Positions 40,660 to 53,804 of a stretch of DNA of 64,000 nt are shown here, one piece after another; positions within the stretch are counted from its first letter, which is position 1; every line of letters begins with the position of its first letter. The DNA is taken from positions 1-64,000 of the forward strand of contig NGBS01000889.1 in NCBI GenBank assembly GCA_002245135.1, read 5' to 3'. Both the position numbers and the translations under genes were made by a program. The notes beneath the pieces were generated by a model, which saw only the letters and a list, made by a program, of their open reading frames with translations, ran no database searches and had not been told where the DNA came from. The DNA comes from Proteromonas lacertae. Lineage: Eukaryota.

Positions 40660-43600
40660 ATGGAAACAATAACAAAAGAAGAGTTGTTAAGAATATCCCC
40701 TGAAGATATAGATCTTCGATTGTCATCATATATATTAGGTCCAGTTGATAATCCAACCAATTTATCTACTGTTGATTTACTAAAGCAAGTTTTAATACTT
40801 TCAAAGTTGAACAATGTTGAAGATACTACATCTACTCCATTACTTACCTATTCTACAGTAGCTGAACAAGTAATGACTTCTATACCTTCTTTAACAGAAT
40901 TGTGTGAAACTGGAGATGGTTTTTTTCAACTTCCAGATTTACCACTTCCTGTTACTGGATTTGCAACTCATTCTGAAGTGAGTGAAGTAAGATCAGAGTA
41001 TTTTATATTCTGTATTAATATTATTAATAGAATTTCAGTTCCACCGAGTATATTTGATCATTTTAAAGAAGTTAGTGAAATATTAAAATCATTACTTGGT
41101 GATGTTATAAATTTATTATCATTTTCATACCTAGAATCAGGCAATGTAGAAAATGACTTTAATCTTGATTATGAAGTATCAATAAAAATACCAATGGAAG
41201 TTAATGACATGTATTTTGGTAAATTATCACAGATGTTGCCTACATTTAGTATTGATCAAATAATAGAAGTATTAAATCATTTGAAAGTAGAGAAATATTC
41301 ATTATTAGGAGTTTACAATAAACAAGAAGCATTAGAATTATATAGAAGGTGTGAAAAATATCATATTAATCTTATCATAGTTCCAAAATTCATTATTCCA
41401 ATTTTAGACAAAATAATACATATAATTAAGTATTTGTTCGAATGTATTGAAACTAATTCAGAATTAGCACTTGGTTTTACATTTTCAGAAGATTTATTTA
41501 AACAGTTCATTCGTTCTGTTAATTATTATCCTCCTTTCGTATGTAATGCACTTATTAAATATGTTTCACATTTTGTTCCAAATTATATAACAATTCTAAT
41601 GGATTTTATAAAAGAAGATGATTTTATTGAATATTACAAGAATAATAATATATTACATTCACTATATTGTGCTCTATTCAGTAATACAGAGTGTTTAAAT
41701 GAAATATTTACTGATAATATGATCTACACATTTCTATTTACTAAAGTGTATGATTTAGTACTTAATGAAGAATATAAAACAAAAGAAAGTCTATATGATT
41801 GGAGTATTATTAGTCTATCCTGTGATAATATAATTTATTATATCTTATTACTATCAGATAATAAACCAACAGATGTGAAGTTTCATACAATGTCATTATT
41901 AAAGACTATATTCACTATACTCTTAGACTTTGATAAATTAGTAATAAAACCATTTGAATCATATAATAGACGTTTAGATATTGAATATGATGTAGTAAAG
42001 AGAATAACTGATATAATGGGGAAATTCGCATCTCAATTTGCATTGAAAACTGAAACATACTACAGTAATCAAAATCTATTACAATATATTGAGTATTATG
42101 AAGAGTATATAAAACTAATTAGTGAATATATCCATAATGAAGAAGTTACTTTATATCCATTCTCTATCATGAGGACATTCATGACAGTGATTTTATATCA
42201 GAATTTTATATATCATAAACTACCAGCTGATACATTATTTAATAGGAATAATTGTGATGAATATATGTTAATATATATGAATCCTATCATTAGGTATTGT
42301 AAAGAAAACAATTTATTGTTATTTGAAACAGTTTATAACCCATATATTAATTCATTAAACTATAAAACTGATATTTTGATGTTGCAACTATTATCAAACT
42401 TTTATAGTCCTCATATCTATTTAAAGAATATTTATACAAAACTGAATATTGAAGAATCAACGTTATTAGATTATAGTATAGACAATCTATTAAAAAGGTT
42501 GAAAATATTAATTACTCTCTTTACAGTTCCATTGAAGGAGTATAACGAAGAGGAGATAATAGAAAATGATATTGGAAATTACATATTGATTCATAAACAT
42601 ATGTTAAATGAAAAATTAGATGAAGATAATATGAATGATTTCTTTTATAGATACATCTTATCTCATTATTATGTATTACATTCAAATAGTAATTATGAAA
42701 CAATAACCAGAATTTATACAAGAATAAAAGAAGAAAATAATTTAATAAAATATTATAATCCTTTCAACAATGATGTTCCATTTTCTCAACATGAATCTAT
42801 GTTATTATTGTTCAATTATTATCCAGTATTTCATCATAATGACAATGAGAATAACGAAAATATTGTTGTTGAATTTCAGATGTTAAGTCATGTTGTTGAA
42901 TTACCATTGTGTTATGATATAGTGTTGTATTTGTTTTCTAATTATTATGATAATGAAAATAACTATCTGATATATATTTTATTGAAGATGTTGAATATAT
43001 TATTGTTTAATCCGTTTATTTATACGGATTTCTTAGCTCAGTGTATGATTGGTATTAATAATAATCCTTCAATATATGAGTATTTGTCAATCACAACGAA
43101 TAATAATCCATATTTATCAGAATGTATAAAAGAAATACAACAAAAATTGATTGAAGAATATACAAATCTAAGACACCATAATAATGAAGATTATAAGGAT
43201 TTAATAATAACAAAGAAAGATTTATCAAATACCTGTAAATCATGCAATGCTTTAACAGTAGAAAGATATTGTGATAAATGTAAATGTTGTTATTGTATAA
43301 AATGTAGTGATAGAATTCATAGTCTAATTGAAAACTTTAGTCATTTTCCAAGACCATTATGTTATTGTGGTAAATGTAATTCAGAAGGTAAAATGACATT
43401 AGCTGAATTATTATGTATTGACTGTGAGATATTTTACTGTAAATCTTGTAGTGAAATTGTTCATACATCTTTAGATTCAAGAGATCATCGATTTAACTGT
43501 TTATATACAATAACAAGTAAGACATATAGAATGAAAGGAAATAGTAAATCTGAATTTAACCCAACAAGTAATGAGAAATTGTTATTATCAAATTACACTC

Positions 43601-44468
43601 CTTATCATATGGTAATATTGACATATTATCACAGTACAATATTAGGAAAATTGTTTAATATTCGATTTAAAGCGAATGATATAAAAGAATATACATTGTA
43701 TGTAATAAGTAGTAATAATCCTTTATTTGCCTCCTATTATTATATTCAAAGTTCTTTACCATATCAAACACATATAATTAGATATTATACTCATTTTGAG
43801 TCTCCAATTTCTTCTCAATTTGAATCTTGGTATAATATAAATAATGAAGATACTTATCACTATTTAATATTTGATTTTATTCCAATGGTATATATATATA
43901 TTATTTGAATATTATTATGATTATTAAATAGACATTAAATCAATATATACAAATTCATAATCCACTAACTCGAAAAGAAATCATTACAATTTTATCTCAA
44001 ATATCTAAAGCTGTAATGTTTTTATTCAATCGTCATGTGATTTATAGAAATCTATGTTTTGATACAATAATATTAGATGATGGAGTATGGAAAATATCTG
44101 ATTTATGTTATTCAATAATAACGAATGATAAATATGAATTCAAAGAAAAATATGTTCAAGGAATAATGTATACATTACCTCCTGAAATATTATTAAATGT
44201 TGATGATAAATATGAAGAAGTGACTAATAATTACACATTAACTCCACCATTTTCATTAGGAATAATATGTTACCAACTAATGTTTGGTTGTTTGCCATAT
44301 CCAAATTATCCATTAAAGTTGGAGATGAGAGAACAAAATCCTGAAAGTGAAGAGATGAAGGAATTATATAGTGTAGTGTGTAAAATGCTAAGTGCAAGTC
44401 CAGAGAATCGAATGAGTTTCAATGATTTCTTTTTATACATAAATAGTGAATTTGATAAGATTAATTGA
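40660..44468 (+). CDS. Large helical protein with tandem B-box zinc fingers and a C-terminal degenerate protein-kinase domain
   Basis: CKSC..YCDKC..YCIKCSDRIH..H and CGKC..LCIDCEIFYCKSCSEIVH..H B-boxes; intron at about 43888-43931; kinase-like HVIYRNL..WKISDLC..TLPPE..FSLGIICYQLMFGCLPY..PENR. Confidence 0.75.
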
Positions 44469-44823
44469 ATAATTTTATGATAAATTTGTATGATAGTGTT
44501 TTGTTATGTTATAAAGTAATTATTGATATTATACAAGCTCGATTATTATTTTGACATAAAAAAAACGTTTTGCTTTTAATCTGAATTGAAAACATTAATA
44601 AAGAGATTAAGATTTTATAAACCATTAAGTATAATAAATCTATTAGGAAATGAATTAGCTGAAAGAGAATTAAGAAATCAGAATTAAAATCATTCTTAAA
44701 AACAATTTCAACAATAGGAAAAATAGAATTAGGTGGAATTACTGAAGAATTATTAAAAGAATTTTGGGATTATATTTTTAATTAAAAAATCAATGAATAA
44801 ATGTTATAAAAGCATTAACAAAT

Positions 44824-47800
44824 TTAACAACTTTTTAATTTTGTATTTCTCTCATTATTATTATTATTATCTTCTTCTTCTCTTACTCTCTTTCTACTTC
44901 GAGGAGTGCTTATTTCATTCTCTTTTTCAATTAATCTAATCAAAGTCTCGCATCTTTTCTGTAACTCTAATGCTGTTCTGGATTTTATATACCAATCAAA
45001 TCTAAATCTATCAGATTTCATTACTTCATGTTTTAAAGAATCCCAATGACCAATTCCCACTTGAGCTAACATACATAATAAAAATCGATCATTATCTTCA
45101 GTATAATATTTACCTTTTTGACTTCCATATGGTATATTTAAAGTGCCAAGAGGATCAGGATTACGAGATATACGACTTAATAAAATACTTTCAGTTTTAG
45201 CCTTTCTTTCAATTCTTTGTTCGCCTTTCTCAATTCGATCCATCAGTTTCTTATAATCATTTATTTGTTTATATTTATTTTGAAAAGCAGTATAATATTT
45301 TTCTACTTCTTCTTCACTCTTTCCTGTTTCTTTAGCTATTTCACTTATTATTTTTACATTCTTTCTACCAATTTTTTCTAATGTATTTATAAATTTTTTA
45401 AAATCATTTCTAGACCAATTACCAAATCCTTCTTTCAATAATCTTTCTTTTTCTTCAAACTCATCAACTGTTAAACCGTTTATTGTTCCATCATCTACCT
45501 CTGCTTCTAATTCATGTTTCATTTTCCATTCATCTTCTTTATCAAATAATTCATTCAATCTTTTTTCATCATAAAATTGAAAATCAAACATTTGAAAACC
45601 TCTTCTTTTCTCTTTAATTTCTTTTTCATTATTTCTTGATGGAACAGTTTCACCATAGATATTCTTTCTTTCTCTTTGAGGTAAATTAATAAATGAACCA
45701 CCTTTATAATCCTTACCATCAAATGAATATAATGAAAACTGATCTTTGGAATCTAAACTGAAGTTCTGTAAATTATGAGACATTGATTTTTGTATTTTTT
45801 CATTAAAATCTTTAGTTTTATTTTCACCATATGCTAATATTGCATCAATATCTTCATCAGTAACAGTCGAACCTTTCGAATTAAATATCAAATCAGCACC
45901 AAATGTAATCATCGTGTTTAATTCATCTTTTGATAATTTCTTATTCTGTTCAGCCAATCGTCCTTGTTGAATAACCACTGCATCTAAATATAACTTTCTT
46001 TCTGCTCTTTCTACAATCTTTTCTTCTACTGTTCCTTCACAGATGAATCTAAACACACGAACTTGTTTCTTTTGACCTATACGATGACATCTATCTTGAG
46101 CTTGAAGATCAGCTTGAGGATTCCAATCTGAATCAAACAAAATAACAACATCAGCAGTAGCTAGATTAATACCTAAACCACCAGCTCTTGTAGATAATAA
46201 AAACATAAATACTTCACTATTTTCACTATTAAATCGATCAATCTGTGAATCTCTATCTTCACCTTTCGTTTGTCCATCAATTCTACAATATTGATATCCT
46301 TTATATCTTAAGAAATCCTCCAATATATCCAACATACGTGTCATTTGAGAGAATAATAAAACTCTACTTCCTTGCTCTTTTAGTTTTTGTAATAATTTAT
46401 TTAATATTATCATCTTACCACTACTTTCCCATAAATGAGGTCCATCAATATATGGTGGCCCAGGTTCTGCACCTTCAAATAAATATGGATGATTACATAC
46501 TTTACGTAACTGCATTAATACATTTAACAATTGAACTCTACTAGCACCACCTAATTGATTCAAAGCAGTTGCATCTTTTAATAAGACATTCTTATACCAT
46601 ACTTTCTGTAATTCTGTTAAACCAATGTATAATTTAGTCTCTACTTTGGGAGGCAAATCGTGAGCTACATCTGATTTTAAACGACGTAATAAAAATGGTC
46701 TTAATATCTATATAAAAATATTAATAATATTAAAATATAATACAGTATGTAATTTCTTTACAAAATCATCTTTTACACCACTTGAAAATATTTCATCAAA
46801 ATCATCAGAATTGCTAAACACATCAGGCAATAGGAAGTTCAATAATGCCCATAATTCATGCAAATTATTCTGTAAAGGAGTACCAGTAATTAACAATCTA
46901 AAATAACTTCTAAATATTCGAACATTCTTTGACAAAGTTGATTCTTCATTCTTAATACGATGTGCCTCATCAATACATATATAAAACCAACTGACTCTGG
47001 ATAATGCGTTCTTCTCGATATTCGCTATTTCATAAGAAGTGATCAATATATCAAAATCACGAGTTTGTATTTTATCTCTAATTATTATATTTCTTTCATT
47101 TTGATCACCATGGAAACGTACTACTCTGAAATTAGGCACCCATGTCTTTATTTCCTTCTCCCAATTACCTAATGTTGATTTTGGTGCAATAATTAAATGA
47201 GGTCCATCTATACCACGATACTCTTTCAAGAATCCAAACATTGATAATGTTTCTAATGTCTTACCTAGACCCATCTCATCAGCTAATATTCCATTTATTC
47301 CTGATTCATATAATGAGATTAACCAATTAAGAGCTTCTAATTGATATGGTTTCATTTGACCATTTTTAATACATGTTGGCTATTATATATAATATAGAAA
47401 CATATATACTTGTGATGTCAACCTTGTAAAACCCCTATCATCAGTTGATGTAGTTAATAGTTGCTTATCTTCTTCTTCTTCTGTCATTCTTCCTGCTCTT
47501 TGTCTGCCTTGACTCTTCTTTTCCGTTGTAGCAGCTTTACTATTGATTGTTCTTACTCCTTGCATATATAATGAGTATACTTCAGATTGTTGGGTAAGAT
47601 ATATCAATCTACGTCTTTTCTTTTCTTCAATATCTATATATAACAAAATATAAACATATTATTCATACCACTACTTATTTCAATGTCTGAAGGTAGATCA
47701 TTGGAAGCAGCTTGAATTTCTTTCAATAATTTTATCTGTTCTTCTTTAATTCGTTGAAGACGTTTTTCTTCTTCAATGGCAGCTCTTTTCCTCTACAAAT

Positions 47801-48001
47801 AAGAAATCTACTGAAATACTTCACCAGTTAGCTGTGGCGATCCAGGAAGTCCATCATTGTGACTGTTATCTTGGTTTTTCTTCTGATTCAAAGCAGAATT
47901 TGGAACCTAACAAAAAATATTAATAATTTAAGAAATACATATTGCTCAGATGGATCATGATAATCATCATCATCATTGTCAGAGTTTTGCATAGTTGGCA
48001 T
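44824..48001 (-). CDS. ISWI: ISWI-family SNF2 chromatin-remodelling ATPase
   Basis: [46 protein letters not shown] and [11 protein letters not shown], with a C-terminal HAND-SANT-SLIDE region ([11 protein letters not shown]); five short introns. Confidence 0.95.
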
Positions 48002-48140
48002 ATTACTTCGTAATGAATAGAACTCAAACACAAAAAAGGAATTAAATGACTCAAACGAAATCCAAGCCTGTTAAATCAAATTCACATAAAAAAACACAAA
48101 AATTAATACAATATATATAAAATATATACATACAATAAAA

Positions 48141-49152
48141 TTAGTTTAATAAAGCAGAAAGTCTCGAAGGTGTAGAAGGATTTGTAGTTGATATTTTCAT
48201 CGACACTGTAGTTGATGTCTGTATATCCTGGTCCTTAAATTCTGTGTAAGAAGAATAAAAGTATAACGAATAACATCCCCAACATACTTCAAACAATACA
48301 ATCTGTTCATTTCCATCAGGATCTCGCTTAATATCTTCCATTTTCTTACATCTACATGTCTTACACATCGCTTTATGACATACATCACATTCAACTCTCT
48401 CTTTATCATTCTTTATAATAATGTTGCAAATTGGACATCTTACACAATTTGCTGTCTTTGGTTCAGTTATTCTTCTTTGTCTTAGCAGTTTATAATAATC
48501 ATTACATATTTTCACTGACAAACTAATCTTATGTTTGGGATAAGCTTGTTTATCTAACTCATTATATTCTTTTATCTTTTCTTCTATTTCTAATTCCTCT
48601 TCTCTGATTTTATTCTTTAAATCTCTTATCCATTTTTCACTAGTTGCTATTTCTTTTATTTGTTCTTTGTAATTATCTTCCGCTTCTTCTTGTTCATTGA
48701 CAAAGTCTTGAGATCTTCCTTCTTTCACATATCCTTTATATCTTTCTATCACTTCTTCTATTGCATGTGCTTCTTGGTTAAGTCTATCTAATTCTTCTTC
48801 GAATTTAGTATTATCTACTGGATTAATTTGATATTCCGGCTAATTAGTGTATTACATAAAATATTTATACTAGATTTATTACTTTTATAAAGTTTGATAT
48901 TAGAAATTCAGGATGTGAATCTCCTAAATATATCTGTGAAGTATTTAATATAAAATATAGTCTTTGAAGAAATTTTTCTCTCTGCTTTGTTGTGCATATT
49001 TTCTTTGCTACTTGAAATAATTTTTCAATCTCTAATCTCCAAGTTTGACGACTCATCACAATGGGAAGTTCTTTGGGGAATAAAGGTTTTTTTGACTTTC
49101 CTCCTATACATTTATAATTCATTCATATCATACTTGGTATTTGATAAGCCAT
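48141..49152 (-). CDS. Coiled-coil protein with C-terminal FYVE-like zinc finger
   Basis: CPIC...CDVCHKAMCKTC...VCWGC pattern without the RRHHCR signature; intron at about 48840-48870. Confidence 0.6.
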
Positions 49153-49222
49153 AGTTCTCTACCAACGTCTATCAAATAAAATCTAAATTGAAAAAACAAA
49201 TCAAGCCGAGTTTTCATTTAAA

Positions 49223-50557
49223 ATGTGTAGAGGTAGATATTTTCTTGTATTCTGCTGTTTTTAAGTGTATATAGTTTTGCTGCATATGTATGGGAATGCT
49301 AATAATGGCTTCTATTACAATGATATTAATCCCTACTCAAATTGATGGTTCAAGGTTAAGAAAGGAATATTCTAATATCACATCGCAGATAGTTCCCCCT
49401 GATCCAGTAGTCAGAAAGCTTTGTATACTCCATATTTTTAATAATTTAGTTCCAAATCTAACACTTAATAAATTTACCATTGTATTAGTTGATTATAACG
49501 AAGCATTGCTAGGGAAAACATATCTTTGAATTTAGAATAAAATATGAAGTAGTAATTCTTAATAATGTAATATTCTTTCTCTTTTGGCTAATTCTACAGA
49601 TTTATTAGGAGAAATTCTAATAATAGATGATGGTTCTAATCCTCCAGTGAAATATGATCATCACATGGTAAGAATAGTCAGAAATCCTACTAGACAAGGT
49701 TTAATATATGCTAGAAATCAAGGTGGTAATGAGGCAAGATGTGAATTTATCGGTATAATGGATGCACATATTAAAGTGGCTTATGGATGGTTAAATGAAC
49801 CATATTTATTAATGAAAAAAGTATAATATGAATAATTATGTATTATTTTTTATAGAATTATAAAACAGTAGTTAATCCAATAGTGTTTAGTCTACAACAT
49901 GATAAATTCGAATTCTTCCCAGCACGTAAAGGTATTGGTAGTTCAGCAGGGTTTCTATGGTCATTTACACACATATGGGGAGGTGGTAAAAAAGGAAGTA
50001 TAGAAGCAGCAGCAACAATGGGTGAATTTTTCATTACGAAAAGATGGTGGACAGAAATCGAAGGAATGGATGAAGGAATGAAACAATGGGGTGGTGAGAA
50101 TATCGATATATCATTAAGAACATGGTTATGTGGTGGGCAAATATTAGTAGCAAAGACAAGCTATTTAGCACATGCATTTAGGACAAGATTTCCATATCCT
50201 GTAGATGGTAATTTAGTATTAAGAAATGCTGCTAGATCTGCTGAAGTATGGCTAGGTGACAAATATATTAGTAAGTTTTATGATGCAAGAAGAAGAAGGA
50301 GAGGTACAATAAATGTTGGTGATATATCTAGTATGAATTGTTTTTTTTCTTCATATTTTTATTTTTGTTTAATAGAACCATTAGCATTGAAGAAGAAGCT
50401 GAAATGCCATGATTTCGATTGGTATGTAGAGAAATTTAAAGGCATTTCTCCATGTGAATCAGGTATTTATTATTTTTTTTAATGAATAATAGGTGATCCT
50501 AGTTGTGGAAAAGTATATGCAGTTAGTGTAAATGAAATTGATCGAAAATTTTATTAA
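49223..50557 (+). CDS. Polypeptide N-acetylgalactosaminyltransferase-like (GT27), type II membrane, no ricin lectin domain
   Basis: N-terminal TM anchor; EILIIDDGS, RQGLIYARNQG, DAH metal motif, WGGENIDISLRTWLCGG, AHAFR and LKCHDFDWY. Confidence 0.88.
49520..49570 (+). other. Candidate U12-type (minor spliceosome) intron with AT-AA or AT-AT ends
   Basis: Stop-filled 51-nt insert in a conserved GT27 segment; 5' ATATCTTT, branch-like TTCTTAAT near the 3' end; removal gives NEALLGKTILSLLANS. Confidence 0.65.
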
Positions 50558-50663
50558 CACTTATTTATAATTTAATGATTTTTGTGTATTTTGTTATTGA
50601 GTTAGAAATTTTTAATATTTTTCAATCAAACAAGTTCGAACCCATTTGAGATATTTTTTTGAA

Positions 50664-51272
50664 ATGGGTTGTTGTGGATCTAAACCTAAAATCCCATTTT
50701 TGGAGTTAGATCAAAAGATAAAAAAGATAACTTCAACAGATTATTCAACAGAAGAGAAAATGTCTCAATTGCTACAACTACTAGAAACATATTTATTAGA
50801 AAGATGTAAAGACTTTCTTGTATCTAGATGTCAACAAGAGGATCAAAATGACACAGGTTTAATCAAATATACTTCTCTAGAAAAACTAGTACAACGAGTG
50901 TTTATCTTCCCAACATCATTCTATGATGAATCGCTTAAACCACCAATAACTGAATCAGAAGTAAACTATTATCAATTCTTAAGGTATTTATCAGTAAATC
51001 CTTTGTTTGCTGAAGAACAAAATGTTCCACCACACTGTGAATGTAAATATTTATGTCTTCAACTAGGAAATCCATTATTATATGCAGATTTTATAATGTC
51101 ATTAACAATTGAAGTAGAAAAAGAGGATGACGAAAGAAGCCCAATTCGAATAGGTGAAATGGAAATACCAGTGACTCATTTGGAGAGATTAATAATATCT
51201 CAAATACCAGTCATTGCAAAAACCACAGATTATGATTATTTATGGTCAGATATACAAAAAGAAGTATTTTAA
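50664..51272 (+). CDS. Hypothetical protein with N-terminal dual-acylation motif MGCCGSK, possible degenerate EF-hand region
   Basis: ATG GGT TGT TGT GGA TCT AAA fits myristoylation plus palmitoylation; DQNDTGLIKY is EF-loop-like. Confidence 0.6.
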   Translation: MGCCGSKPKIPFLELDQKIKKITSTDYSTEEKMSQLLQLLETYLLERCKDFLVSRCQQEDQNDTGLIKYTSLEKLVQRVFIFPTSFYDESLKPPITESEVNYYQFLRYLSVNPLFAEEQNVPPHCECKYLCLQLGNPLLYADFIMSLTIEVEKEDDERSPIRIGEMEIPVTHLERLIISQIPVIAKTTDYDYLWSDIQKEVF

Positions 51273-51340
51273 AAATCTAATTAAAAATAATAATAAAATA
51301 ATATTTCATTTATTCTCTGTTTATATTATTTGTTTGTTGA

Positions 51341-52324
51341 TTATATTTTACCATCTAAATCTCCTGTTGCATTTATATAATATGTTGGATATATTGTGTT
51401 ATTTTCATCATAAACACTATTCAGCGATGGAGTAATTCCACTTAACACCAGCAAAGTATCTATATCATTATTATTTCCAAACAAAATATCTGTCTTTAGT
51501 GAATCTCCTATCATTAATGTCCTTTTCTTATTTATATTAGGTCTTAACTCTTCGATACATTTATAAACAGCTGAAGATGGTTTACCTGTTAATATATCTG
51601 GTTTTCTATTTGATACACAAGTCAAAAAATCAATTGTTGGTTCTATTGGATTAATAGAATAATATATTATACGATTTGCAGGAAATAAAAACATGTTAGA
51701 TTCATAATAAGTCACATCACTTTCACAACTAACAAATAAACAGTCTTTATTCTCTAGATATTTCATAGCTTTTGTCAATTTAGTAAAATTATTGTATTTA
51801 TCAAAACCAACTACAACAGCATCTACTTTTCCATCTAAGTCAATATTATCAATTGAAAAATCATATTTTTTATTATCTTCTAAACCATATGCATCTATTC
51901 CCATTGATGTCATTCCGTCTATTAATCCTTGTTGTCCTATCACATATACTGTTTTACAACTTGTAAAACTCTTCAAATATTTTGCTGCAACATATCCAGA
52001 ACTATAAACAGATATTCGTTGATTTATATGATACGGTATCATCTGATCTACAGTGGAATCAATTCCATAGGTTTTTAATTTTGATACATACATTTCTCTA
52101 CTACTTGAAGAATTATTAGACTAAATATAATTCATTATTATTCAATGAATTAATACGACATAAAAAATATCTTTCTTCAATTGCTTAAGACGATTTATTA
52201 CTTTAACTGACAAAGGCATTGGACTTGAACCATAATAAATGACACCATCACAGTCAAACAGTATAGTATCATAATTACCTATTAAATCTGGTGTAAATAA
52301 TGGTATTTTAATATCACTATTCAT
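51341..52324 (-). CDS. HAD subfamily IIA phosphatase (phosphoglycolate/p-nitrophenyl phosphatase-like), paralog 1
   Basis: FDCDGVIY motif I, SNNS, GKPS, MIGDSLKTDILFG and LLVLSG. Confidence 0.92.
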
Positions 52325-52421
52325 AATTATTGATTGATATTCTGAGAATAAAGAGAATTACACAAATTGACATTACATATGTAATTGACCAAAAAGAGAG
52401 GTAATTTTGTTTTTTCATAAT

Positions 52422-53687
52422 ATGAATGATAGCAGCAACGAAGTGAGAAGATCTGTAAGGAAATCAATGAGTGGAGATAAATTACCAAATGAAGAGGTAA
52501 TGAATAGTACCGAAGTATTATCAGGAGCAAATTATAGTACAGCAGTGAATTCGTATGAATAGGTTATATATTGAATAGAAAACTGGATGGTAGTGTGTTT
52601 ATTAATGCTGCAAATAGAAAATTTGGGTATGAACAACTATCTCTTTAATTTTAGAATAAATGGGTGGAGTGATCATATCGTCGAAATAAAGGAAGATTGC
52701 TGTGAACAATTAGCAGGTCACCATTATCAAAGTATTTGTCACAGTGTAATTAGATTAACATTATTAACTGGAATAAGCCATGAAGAGTTAGGCTTTGGTT
52801 GTTGTACTCATTCAAAGAGAGAAATTGCATTAGAGAGAGCGATGAAAAGTGCAATAATTGATGGTAGAAATAGATGTTTAGAAATATTTCTACAAAATTC
52901 TAATAATATAAACAGTAATAACAATAACACAAAAATATATAATAAAACTAATTATGTCAATAATAATAATAATAATAATTTAAAGAGTGAAACATATTCT
53001 ATAAAAACTAATACCATAACCCCCAAAACAGATAGTAATCAATCCATTACAAGTTTTATCAAAAATCCTTATGACATATCTCATATTATATCATCAAGAA
53101 ATAATTCACCATTATTACAAGATAAACAACAACAACAACAACCTATAAAGCAATATAATAATAATAATAATATCAATCATTCTATTGATTCATTACGAAC
53201 TACTCCAAATAGTCAGGAAATAAGAAAATCAGTGAGAAAATCTATTACCAATGTTACAACTACAAACACAACAACAACAACAACAACAGCTGATAATAAT
53301 AATAATAAACCAATTTATATGACTCCACCTCAACCTATCAGAACAACCATAAATACAGCTGAAAATAGTATAAAGAAAGATAATCAAGAAGAAGAAATGA
53401 ATAATGGTGATAATAATAATGAAAATGATAATCCCATTGTTATATCACAGACTGTACCTACTGCTTATCCAGTTATTCAAAAAACTTATTATCAGAAATC
53501 ACCAATACCAACTAAGAAACCTCCTTCTCCACCATCTTCACCAAATCACAAGAATCCAATGAAAAGATCCACAATATACCCCATTCCTATAAGTAATAAA
53601 CGATTAAGTTTAGGTGATAATAAAAATGATGATAAGGAAGATGATTTAGATAAGTATTTAAGTGAATTAGGTTCACAAACATTTTAA
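52422..53687 (+). CDS. Rad52/Rad22-family domain protein with disordered N/T/P-rich tail
   Basis: Spliced N-terminus gives ANRKFGINGWS...VIRLTLLTGISHEELGFG...ALERAMKSAIIDGRNRCLEIF, matching the Rad52 N-terminal domain pattern. Confidence 0.72.
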
Positions 53688-53804
53688 TAGCTATTAATTT
53701 TAATATAATCTTTTTATGAATTTTTACATACTAATAAACATTTTTCATATATATGAAGATATAATTGAATGATTTGAAAAGCATTATACTAATAACCCAT
53801 TTAT

